DNA from: Calditrichia bacterium
GTDB lineage: Bacteria; Calditrichota; Calditrichia; JAJRVZ01
Assembly (NCBI GenBank): GCA_963796965.1
Contig: CAWCNS010000005.1
Location: 1,188,592-1,252,591 of the forward strand
DNA length: 64,000 nt
Direction: 5' to 3'
Part shown: positions 1-8,957 of the stretch, one piece after another
How the letters are laid out: each line of letters opens with the position of its first letter
Numbering within the stretch: the stretch's first letter is position 1
Notes under the pieces: generated by a model
Database searches by the model: none
What the model saw: the letters and a program-made list of their open reading frames with translations, nothing else
Told to the model about the DNA's origin: nothing
Made by a program: the position numbers and the translations under genes

Positions 1-359
1 ACTGGGGTGTGGCAAGAATAAATCTCTATAAAATTGACAGTACCATGCTTGAACCCTTACATGCACTCCCTGCATTAATCACACTTACTTACAATTCTTA
101 CTAGTTATACTCTCATTGGTATTTAGTCCCTTGCGTATTCTTGTTTATGCCGGACTTATACTCGCCCTGCTTATATTAGTTGTATCGATGCTTGATGCCA
201 TTACGGATGTATGAACAGTTAAAACCGGCTCTGTTACTACCTTTAATTATGCCAGCTCAGATATTCGGCTATGGTTTGGGATTTATTTATAATTATACCC
301 GACGGATAATTTTTAATAAGAAAGAAAAGATCGGTTTTAAGAAATCATATTACAAATAA
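1..359 (+). CDS. Glycosyltransferase family 2 protein, C-terminal part (runs off the window start; internal frameshift)
   Basis: Manual translation gives WGVARINLYKIDSTMLEPLHALPAL... then hydrophobic segments, ending KKSYYK* at 357-359. This resembles the membrane-anchored C-terminus of GT2 proteins. Confidence 0.6.
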
Positions 360-368
360 GAGGAAAAT

Positions 369-2901
369 ATGGCAAAATCAAGAAAGCGAATTGGGAAAGA
401 TATCAGATCGGTAAAAGAATCATCGGAATTATACCTTCACTAACTCATAAACAACAGGATTTAATTTTTCCTTGCCCTACTCAGTATGCTATCTGCTAAT
501 CCTATTAAAACCGCTGGCGATTGATGATTTATCTCCTCAAGGTGTTGATGTTGTGGGCGCAATTGGCCAGGCCCATCAGATACTCGACTATCAAAAGGAA
601 ACCGGGGAGACAGCCCTTTGGAATCCTTATATTTTTTGCGGTATGCCCCAATATCATCGCCGGGGTCCGGTGACATTTTCCATTGATTCACTTTTACATA
701 TGCATATCAAAATTATTGGGTTCTGTTTTTGTATTTTATCTGTTTGCTGCCTTCGGTTGCTATGGTCTTTTTCGCTATCTTAAGATGTCCCCATCATAAG
801 TTTTCTTTGCTACAATTATGTTTATCTTATTACCCCATTACAAGTCATTTTATATAGAAGGCCATATGTCCAAATTCCGGGCATTAATGTTCTCTGCCCT
901 GGATATTACTGTCTTTTTATATTTTCTTGACAAAAGAAATTTATTATCTGCAGCCCTATTTGCGATCATGTTTGGTGCACAGATACGAACACAGCATTAT
1001 CAGATCGTTTTCTATACAGCCTTATTGATATTTGCTGTCGGGGTCTATCCGATACTAAAGGATCTTCTGGATAAAAACTATAAAACCTTCGCCAAATCAA
1101 CGGGCCTATTGCTCATTGCTGCCATTACCCTTGGCATAACCATGTCTTCACAGCCACTCTTTTTGGCTAAAGAATATCTTCCCTATTCCAAGAGAGGAAA
1201 GACGACGATATCGCTCAGAGACAAGAACAAACAAAAAGAAGTAAGTTCCGCTTCCGATGGCGTGCAGATAGAATACGCAACGCAATGGTCTACTCATCCT
1301 TCGGAATTATTTACCTGGTTTATGCCTCGGTTTTATGGAGGGATGTCCGGTGAGAAATATACGCGGTAAAAAAGTTTCACAAGTTAAGAACCGGGTCATT
1401 CCCGGGATATTTTGGTTACATGCCATTTACTCAGAGTTATGAATATATTGGTGTTTTTTCACTTCTCCTGGCTTTTATGGGAATTTATGCTTTCAGAAAA
1501 GATAAATTCATCCGTAGTTTACTGATATTAGTCTGTATTTTTGATTTTATTATCATTTGGCAGACATTTCCTTTCATTTTATGGATTATTTTATGACTAT
1601 TTACCCTTTTTTAACAAATTTCGTGCCCCGGTAATGAGTGTAACCATTACTTCTTTTATTGTGGCAATTTTGGCCGCATATGGATTACGCTATATATCCG
1701 AATTACCTGTCGCGCGCACAATTAAAGAGAATAAACCAATATAATAATTGCTGGTTCTTTCTTTGCACTCGGGCATTGTGATTCTCATTGCCGGACAGAG
1801 TTTTGATTTTTCCACAGCCCGCGATAATTATGATCCCAAGGTTTTAGAGATAATAAAAACCGCCCGTCAGGATATGTTCACCCAGGATCTTATCCGATAT
1901 TTTATTATTGGTTATACTTGCCGGAGCGGCCTGTTGGTTACCTGTATAAAAAGATATCTTTTAGTTTAATGATTCATGGCACTTAACATTTTGGGTGCTT
2001 ATGATCTTATTGATATTCAATCACGTTATCATAAAAAATATATAGATGTGGACCGCCTTGAGAGAGCAATATTTTCAGAAATCAGACACCGATAATTTTT
2101 TGTTAGAAGACAAGGAAACATTTCGAATTTTTCCTGTCGGGAGTTTATTCGCAAACAATCGCTGGGCCTATTACCATCAAACAATGGTGGATATTCTGCA
2201 ATTAAAATGTATACGGTCGAAGAAATAATAACAAACAATATTTATAAGGGATGGGATAAGCAGATCCCCATCAATTTAAATATCATCAAAATGTTTAATG
2301 TCAAATATGTAGTTGACTGAGCAAAAATTCAGCCATGAAAACCTGAGACTCGTTTCCGAAGAATACTCAGGGAAAACTTTATACTTATCTCTATAAAGAT
2401 CATCTGAACCGCGGTTTTTTTGTTGGTAAATATAATGTAATAAAAGATGAATTCGATCGGTTGGAAATGCTCAATAAACAGAACTTTGATCCTGCTCAGA
2501 CTGCCCTCTTGGAAGAAGATCCTGAAGTTGCATTGGATATTCCAAATAAGACCTGGGTGAGAGTTGAATCATTTACACCCAATAAAATCTCATTTAATGC
2601 TTATTCTGACCGACAAGCACTCTTTGTCATTTCCGAGATGTATTATCCACCTGGATGGAAAGCGTTTATCGATGACAAACCAGTAAATAAAATTTATAAG
2701 ACCAATCATGCGATTCAATCGATAGTATTTCCCCCTGGTGAACATATGGTATCCTTACGTTTTGAGCCCGATTCTTATTATGATAATATCAGAATATCAT
2801 ATGCCTCAGCAGGGATTTTATATTTAACGATCCTTTTGTCTCTTGTTTATACATACAAAGATAAATTGTCAGATTTGCTGAACAGGGGTAAGGCCAAGTA
2901 A
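369..2901 (+). CDS. YfhO-family multi-pass membrane protein (GT-C-like), split by several frameshifts
   Basis: ATG at 369 follows GAGG. Consecutive fragments (ALWNPYIFCGMP, HYQIVFY, PRFYGG, PFFNKFRAP, SEMYYPPGWKAFID...FEP) follow YfhO-type motif order. Confidence 0.8.
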
Positions 2902-2904
2902 TAA

Positions 2905-4227
2905 ATGCCTATGAAAAAAGTATTAATTATAACTTACTACTGGCCGCCAGCTGGTGGACCGGGTGTGCAACGCATTCTGAAATTTGCCAAATACTTGCCG
3001 CAATTTGACTGGCAACCCCTTATCCTTACAGTAACCGATGGTGAATACCCCGCTCTTGACCCTAGTCTGAAGGCTGAAATACCAGAAGAGGCAAGAATCT
3101 TTAAGACCCGTTCACTCGAACCCAATCACTTCTATAAAAAGTTTGTAGGTTTAAAGAAAGATTCTTCAGTACCGACTGCGGTATTGGCAGAGGAGAATTC
3201 TTCAGCAAAAAAATCCCTGGCCCATTGGATAAGATTGAATTTATTTATTCCGGATGCAAAGATCGGTTGGTTGCCTTATGCGCATGCCAAAGGGAAAAAA
3301 ATAATTGATGAATATAAACCCGATGTAATCTTTTCCTCATCCCCCCCACCAACGGTCCATCTCATTGCCAGGAGGTTAAAATTTTATCGTAATCTGAAAT
3401 GGGTTGCTGATTTTAGAGACCCCTGGACGGATATACATTATTATGAGAATAAAAATCGTCTTGGTATAACAAAAAATATTGATCAAAACCTCGAGAATAA
3501 GGTCCTTGCTGATGCAGATAAGATTATTTGTATTAGCCAGCTCGATATTGAGCATGATTTTTCGAATAAAATAAATGTGGATAAATGTATCAATATTCCA
3601 AACGGATTTGACGAGGAGGACTTTAAAGCTACAACGGCAAAGTCAGATTCGGGGAAAAAATTTACACTCCTCCATCTGGGCGCCGTTGGGATTGAAAGAA
3701 ACCCCGTCCAACTGTTTAATACTGTTCACAGCCTTCATGAAAAGAAAACAATCAATCCCGAGTCCTTCTTACTACGATTTATTGGTAGTGTTGAACAGGA
3801 AATTGTAAATACAGTGGATCGATTAGGGATCAATAACTATGTTGAATTTATTGAATATATGCCCCATGCTCAGGCGGTTGAACAATCTACGCAGGCATCC
3901 GCTATGCTTTTATTGGTAACACAATCAAAAAAGAATTTTCGGATTCTGCCAGGCAAGACATTTGAATACTTAAGAACCGGAAAGCCCATTCTTGCCCTCG
4001 GCCCTCAACATGGTGAAGTTGACAGGATACTCTCTGAGGTTCAGGGAGGAAAGTTAATTGACTACGCGGATAAGGAAAAGATAGAATCTTATTTGGTTTC
4101 ATTAATTGTTGCATGGAAAAACGACCGGTTGAGTCATGCCTCATTAGAATCAATTCAAAAATATGAGCGTAAAAATCTAACAGCAGATCTTGTAGAGGTA
4201 TTTGAGAATGTAATAGAGAATTCTTAA
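2905..4227 (+). CDS. Glycosyltransferase family 4
   Basis: KKVLIITYYWPPAGGPGVQR N-terminus, WVADFRDPW, IPNGFD and PGKTFEYL motifs. Confidence 0.9.
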   Translation: MPMKKVLIITYYWPPAGGPGVQRILKFAKYLPQFDWQPLILTVTDGEYPALDPSLKAEIPEEARIFKTRSLEPNHFYKKFVGLKKDSSVPTAVLAEENSSAKKSLAHWIRLNLFIPDAKIGWLPYAHAKGKKIIDEYKPDVIFSSSPPPTVHLIARRLKFYRNLKWVADFRDPWTDIHYYENKNRLGITKNIDQNLENKVLADADKIICISQLDIEHDFSNKINVDKCINIPNGFDEEDFKATTAKSDSGKKFTLLHLGAVGIERNPVQLFNTVHSLHEKKTINPESFLLRFIGSVEQEIVNTVDRLGINNYVEFIEYMPHAQAVEQSTQASAMLLLVTQSKKNFRILPGKTFEYLRTGKPILALGPQHGEVDRILSEVQGGKLIDYADKEKIESYLVSLIVAWKNDRLSHASLESIQKYERKNLTADLVEVFENVIENS

Positions 4228-4280
4228 ACTTAGCAGCCTGCCTCACTCGACTTAAATTATTTTTACTGAGTATAGAATAC

Positions 4281-4430
4281 TTTCACGCAAAGTTTATATA
4301 AGATATTAGAACAGAAAAAAGAAATAAATTACTTAGATCTTGTTATAAGTGTATAAATCTGGTTAAATAAAACAGATGATTCATCAATTCCTTGCATTCT
4401 TTCTTTGCGTCTTTGCGTCTTTGCGTGAAA
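4281..4430. repeat. Inverted-repeat-bounded intergenic element with CTTTGCGT tandem 8-mers
   Basis: TTTCACGCAAAG (4281-4292) is the reverse complement of CTTTGCGTGAAA (4419-4430). CTTTGCGT occurs three times in tandem at the right end. Confidence 0.7.
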
Positions 4431-4454
4431 GATCTAAATATCAAAGGAGAAAAT

Positions 4455-5453
4455 CTGAATTTAATTAAAAATAAATATCTGTTTTTTCTGCTTCGCGTAT
4501 GGAGAGATATTACAAATCCTACCCAGTGGCCATTATCCGAAGATTTGCATTCGCGGCAATTAGGTGAATTCTATTTTCTTTTTTCTGAAGAAACTGTAAA
4601 GAACCAGAAAGGTGGTCAAAAAAGCATTGTCTTTGATGATGAAGGAATTCCGATGAATCCCACCTATATCGATGTGAAGGACAAGGATTTTGTTTATTAC
4701 CCCATAACAATAGGACAGGTTGGCCTGGCGGTTTATCATACCTGGCTTAAATCAAATTCAGATAGTGATAAAAACCGGTTTATGAGATTTGTGAATTGGT
4801 TTATGAAAAATGTAGAGGAGGATCCAACTCTGGGTGCATACTGGGAAACAGATGTCCCTCTTCCCCAATATAAAAATCCCGGTCCCTGGAAATCAGCCTT
4901 TGCCCAGGCCCGGGCCATATCGATCCTCTTGCGTGGGTATCAAATGACTGGTGATAATCGATATGCAGAGCTTGCCCGGAAAGCACTTAAGTCATTTACA
5001 ATCCCCTTTGACCAGGGGGGTGTGATGGCAATGACGGAACACGGTCCTTTTTATGAAGAATATACGGCCGAAATACCGACCCTTGTTCTTAATGGAATGA
5101 TTTTTACACTTTGTGGTATTTACGATTTCGTACGGGTTTTTCCTGAAGATCAAACAGCAAAAACTTTATTTGATGATGGAATCCGAACATTAAGAAGTCT
5201 CTTACCTGATTATGATCTTGGTTACTGGTCCCGCTATAATCTATGTAAATCTGATTGGTACCCAGAGACTGATCCTTCAACAATCACCTATCAACACTTT
5301 CATGCATTTCAACTAGAACTTTTATCGCAAATAACAGGTGATGAAGTTTTTAAATTATATAGTCGAAAATTCAGAAAACAGATTAATATAATTAATATTT
5401 TGCGTATGTATTATCAAAAATATAAAGCACTTAAGAAATTAAATCGATTATAA
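4455..5453 (+). CDS. D-glucuronyl C5-epimerase family protein
   Basis: WKSAFAQARAISILLRGYQ, FYEEY, VLNGMIFTLCGIYD, YDLGYWSRY and YQHFH match the C5-epimerase C-terminal domain. Start is placed at the in-frame CTG after AAGGAG and is uncertain. Confidence 0.85.
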   Translation: MNLIKNKYLFFLLRVWRDITNPTQWPLSEDLHSRQLGEFYFLFSEETVKNQKGGQKSIVFDDEGIPMNPTYIDVKDKDFVYYPITIGQVGLAVYHTWLKSNSDSDKNRFMRFVNWFMKNVEEDPTLGAYWETDVPLPQYKNPGPWKSAFAQARAISILLRGYQMTGDNRYAELARKALKSFTIPFDQGGVMAMTEHGPFYEEYTAEIPTLVLNGMIFTLCGIYDFVRVFPEDQTAKTLFDDGIRTLRSLLPDYDLGYWSRYNLCKSDWYPETDPSTITYQHFHAFQLELLSQITGDEVFKLYSRKFRKQINIINILRMYYQKYKALKKLNRL

Positions 5454-5563
5454 ACCCGTTTTTGAGCAATATATTTAAGAGTTAGGTAGTGTCATGAAAG
5501 ATTCTGTGATAAAGTGAAAAACTAAATTCATAGGACCATTTAAAAGATGAAGCATCGAACTAA

Positions 5564-5651
5564 TTCCCCCTTTGAAAGGGGGTCAGGGGGATAGATAAAT
5601 AAAGAACTTAGAGAAAATAACATCCCCCATAGTCCCCCTTCCAAGGGGGAA
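5564..5651. repeat. Inverted pair of REP-like palindromes (CCCCCTT-N2-3-AAGGGGG type)
   Basis: TTCCCCCTTTGAAAGGGGGTCAGGGGGAT (5564-5592) faces ATCCCCCATAGTCCCCCTTCCAAGGGGGAA (5622-5651). A further copy lies at 20131-20159. Confidence 0.75.
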
Positions 5652-5788
5652 ACAAGGCCTTTATTCTATTAAAATTTGAAGTAAATATCCGAATCTGCAA
5701 AAGCTTATCTCGAAGGGAGAATGCGTGTAATACATCTAATATAGTAAGTGAAATTGGAATAATGAGTGGGAATGAGAAAGGATAGCAG

Positions 5789-6259
5789 ATGAATAGACCT
5801 GAAGTAAAGTCTGTCAGTATACGTGATGTCCAGTTTGGGAAAAATGTTCTGGTGATCGATCCTGTAAATCTATATGAATGTACTATTGGAGATAATTGTT
5901 TTATTGGGCCATTCGTCGAAATTCAAAAAGGGGCAATAATTGGGCAAAATACTCGTATTCAGTCTCATGTATTCATTTGCGAACTCGTCACAATAGGCAA
6001 AGATTGTTTCATTTCCCACGGAGTCATGTTTATAAACGACCTGTTTACAGAAGGTAAACCCGCTGCTGATAGTAAAGATTGGAAGACAACGTATATCGGT
6101 AACAATGTTTCCATTGGTACAAATGCTACCATTTTGCCGGTTAAAATTACTGATAATGTTGTAGTTGGTGCGGGTAGTGTGGTAACAAAAGATATTCTTG
6201 AACCTGGGATATATGCAGGTAACCCGGCCAAAATGATCAGATCGATCGGGAGGAAATAA
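5789..6259 (+). CDS. Hexapeptide-repeat sugar N-acyltransferase (WbpD/FdtC-like)
   Basis: IGPFVEIQ, IQSHVFICE, HGVMFIND, IGTNATILP and VGAGSVVTKD...YAGNPA motifs. Confidence 0.9.
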   Translation: MNRPEVKSVSIRDVQFGKNVLVIDPVNLYECTIGDNCFIGPFVEIQKGAIIGQNTRIQSHVFICELVTIGKDCFISHGVMFINDLFTEGKPAADSKDWKTTYIGNNVSIGTNATILPVKITDNVVVGAGSVVTKDILEPGIYAGNPAKMIRSIGRK

Positions 6260-6260
6260 A

Positions 6261-8120
6261 ATGGCGGGTACTCTTCTTCTTCTCCCCAAAAACCCGGATA
6301 AACAAAATCTACTTCATGAAAAAGCACAACAGATAGAACAATTTATAAATCAGTATTATAGACGCTATTTTAAAAAAATAACTTTTAATAATACTGCCGA
6401 TAAAGCTTTTCTAATTGAATTCCGCCAAAATGAAAGATCGAAATTCTATACCGATGAGGCAGGTAACTGGTTGGCTTTTGAGGGGACTGTATTTGCCCTC
6501 AACGAGACCAAATCTTTTAATGCCCAAGAATTACTTAAATTGTATCTTCAGAATCCCACAAAATTTCAAGATGACCTTGATGGCCACTTTGTAATAAAAG
6601 TATATGATGCAAGCCGAAATCTGTACCTGATTGTTAATGACATTCTAAAAAACAAAATTAATTACATTACTGAAAATGATCAATTCATTCTACTTACCCC
6701 ATTGGTGGTTCTCTCAGGAATTCTCCATAAGCCTGAACTTGATCTTCACGCTTTTAATGAATTTATGTGGCGTTATTATATGCTCTCCGAAAGATCTATT
6801 TTCAAGAACGTTAGTAAATTAAAAGGGGCCTCCATTTATGAGATAAAGAATGGTGTTACGAATCGAACTAAATATTGGGACTGGCCGGATAAATTTATCG
6901 ATATCCCTTTTCAAAGCACCGTCGATCGGATGGCCGATTCGATGAAGGAATCAGCACGATTAATTTACCAGACCTTTGGCACTTCATGCGTCGATTTTAC
7001 GATGGGACAGGATTCTCGCCAGGTTGTTGCCGCCTTTACCAATCAGAATATACCTCTAACAACTACCATATTTGGTAAAAAGGACTTTTATGAGGTCAAA
7101 GCTACTGATGAAATGGCAAAACGTCACAAGATAGAACACCATAGCGTACAGTTAGAAGATGATTACCTCAAGGATCCCTGGTTCCATTTTGAAAAGTCTC
7201 TTTTGCTTGGCAATGGAGAAATGCCTGCTCATATATTGGCTCGGATTATGTACATGCGCGAGAAACAAAAACAATGGGGCCATGCTATTCTTAACGGGCA
7301 TTGTGGTCACTTCTATAAGAACGGTCTATGGGATGAGATGTATACATTAAATTTATACCGGGAACCCAAGGAATTTAATATAAATATGTTCCTAAAACTC
7401 CGCGCTTTAAGTGCTAATTATTTTGATGATATTTTCAAATCTGATTTTATCGCTATTAAAGAAAAATCTGCTGCATATATGCGATCAATGATTAAAGAAT
7501 CTATAAAAGACTATTTACATAGCCCTGTTTCCATGCAGGTTGATCGTTTTAACATATATAGTTGGCTAAATTTTACCCATGTTTCCAATAATGCGTTAAA
7601 TCTTATTTTTGATTCTTTGTCTCCCCTATATTTTAGGCGAAATCTTGAATTAGCAATACAAATCCCTGTTAAATGGAAGTTTAATTTAGCAAAGTTCCAA
7701 CGTGCACTTGTTTATCAACTAGATCCGAAATTAGCGGCAGAAAAAACAGATTTCGGCGGCGTAGATATGATACCAAAGAACTTATTCACCACAATTCCCT
7801 TTCATTTACGCTATTACTTCTTTCAATCCTCACGGATGCGTAACAAGATAAAAACAAAATTAGGAATGAAAGTTATTACCCATATACAGGAAGCCTGGGA
7901 TTATCAGCCGGTTTTTCAAAACTTTTATAACACACCCCAAATCCAGATGCTACTTGATTATGGAACGATGAATCTATCTACAATCATCGATCAGGATGAG
8001 TGGCGTCAATTATTAATAAAATATGATGATCAATCCTATCAATCAATAAATAACCTTGATTATATCTTAAAAATTGCCGGGATTGAATACCTGATTAATA
8101 TGGCTAAAAGACTATCCTGA
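6261..8120 (+). CDS. Asparagine-synthetase-related amidoligase
   Basis: Ntn-like N-domain (LDGHF), degenerate PP-loop TMGQDSR, ILNGHCGH. The N-terminus is MAG rather than MCG. Confidence 0.7.
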   Translation: MAGTLLLLPKNPDKQNLLHEKAQQIEQFINQYYRRYFKKITFNNTADKAFLIEFRQNERSKFYTDEAGNWLAFEGTVFALNETKSFNAQELLKLYLQNPTKFQDDLDGHFVIKVYDASRNLYLIVNDILKNKINYITENDQFILLTPLVVLSGILHKPELDLHAFNEFMWRYYMLSERSIFKNVSKLKGASIYEIKNGVTNRTKYWDWPDKFIDIPFQSTVDRMADSMKESARLIYQTFGTSCVDFTMGQDSRQVVAAFTNQNIPLTTTIFGKKDFYEVKATDEMAKRHKIEHHSVQLEDDYLKDPWFHFEKSLLLGNGEMPAHILARIMYMREKQKQWGHAILNGHCGHFYKNGLWDEMYTLNLYREPKEFNINMFLKLRALSANYFDDIFKSDFIAIKEKSAAYMRSMIKESIKDYLHSPVSMQVDRFNIYSWLNFTHVSNNALNLIFDSLSPLYFRRNLELAIQIPVKWKFNLAKFQRALVYQLDPKLAAEKTDFGGVDMIPKNLFTTIPFHLRYYFFQSSRMRNKIKTKLGMKVITHIQEAWDYQPVFQNFYNTPQIQMLLDYGTMNLSTIIDQDEWRQLLIKYDDQSYQSINNLDYILKIAGIEYLINMAKRLS

Positions 8121-8327
8121 TAAGAAAATCAAAGTTGGTGCGAAATATATATTTTGGATTTAGAATTGGGAATTTGGAATTCCTCCAACGGGGTCCTTGG
8201 GACAGAAAGGGCAATCCATAATCTAAAATCTTTTATCGCGTATCCCGCATCACGTATCTCCTTGAATCGTCTCCTGATTCCATCTCATAAGGTACATCTT
8301 GATTTCCGCAGATTTTTGAAATGCTAC

Positions 8328-8380
8328 TTGATTTCGCACAACATTTAAGTTACATTTACGAGTAACTTTTTTACTCGTAA
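8328..8380 (+). promoter_or_regulatory. Sigma70-type promoter with overlapping palindromic operator
   Basis: TTGATT(8328)-N17-TACATT(8351). Perfect inverted repeat TTACGAGTAA-N5-TTACTCGTAA at 8356-8380 ends 1 nt before the ATG. Confidence 0.7.
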
Positions 8381-8381
8381 T

Positions 8382-8924
8382 ATGCTAAAATCAATTATCA
8401 CATCAGAGACACGGATCAAACTATTACTGAAATTCTTCTTAAATCCGAAGAATTCGGGATACCTGCGTCAACTAGCTACGGAATTTGGCGAATCTACTAA
8501 TAGTATTCGTCTTGAACTAAACAAATTGAGCGAAGCAAAGATCTTGTCTGAGAAATTTGAAGGTCGAAACCGGATATTTAAAGCGAACTTATCCCATCCT
8601 CTTTTTGAAGAGATTCGTAGTATTGTTTTAAAATCCACGGGCATCGACAAGGTCGTATCGGACATACTCAACAAATTGGGATCACTGCAATTGGCCTTTA
8701 TCAGGGGTGACTATGCTATTGGTATTGATAGTGGATTAATCGATCTTGTCATCGTTGGCCTGGATATAAATATGGCCGAATTAGAACGCGTAAAGACAAA
8801 AACAGAAAAACTTATTGATCGTAAAATTTCAATTCTTATACTCGATCCGGATGAATTCAGGATTTTGAAAAAGAATCTATTGAGTAAATCATTTTTTATA
8901 CTAATGGATAGCGGAAAAATTTAA
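8382..8924 (+). CDS. Winged-helix (ArsR-like) regulator fused to a minimal nucleotidyltransferase-like domain
   Basis: TRIKLLLKFF...YLRQLATEFGESTNSIRLELNKL (wHTH), followed by FIRGDYAIGIDSGLIDLVIVG (GD...D-x-D-like NTase motif). Confidence 0.85.
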   Translation: MLKSIITSETRIKLLLKFFLNPKNSGYLRQLATEFGESTNSIRLELNKLSEAKILSEKFEGRNRIFKANLSHPLFEEIRSIVLKSTGIDKVVSDILNKLGSLQLAFIRGDYAIGIDSGLIDLVIVGLDINMAELERVKTKTEKLIDRKISILILDPDEFRILKKNLLSKSFFILMDSGKI

Positions 8925-8957
8925 CAACCCGGATATAAAATCAACCTCAAAGTTGAT

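Noticed and set aside
369..2901. Fragmented YfhO-like gene as phase variation
   Set aside because: There are too many scattered shifts and no long simple-sequence tract. It lies near the window start, where errors look dense.
8154..8348. 64-aa ORF upstream of the wHTH gene
   Set aside because: It is made of degenerate heptamer repeats and promoter sequence, and has no RBS.
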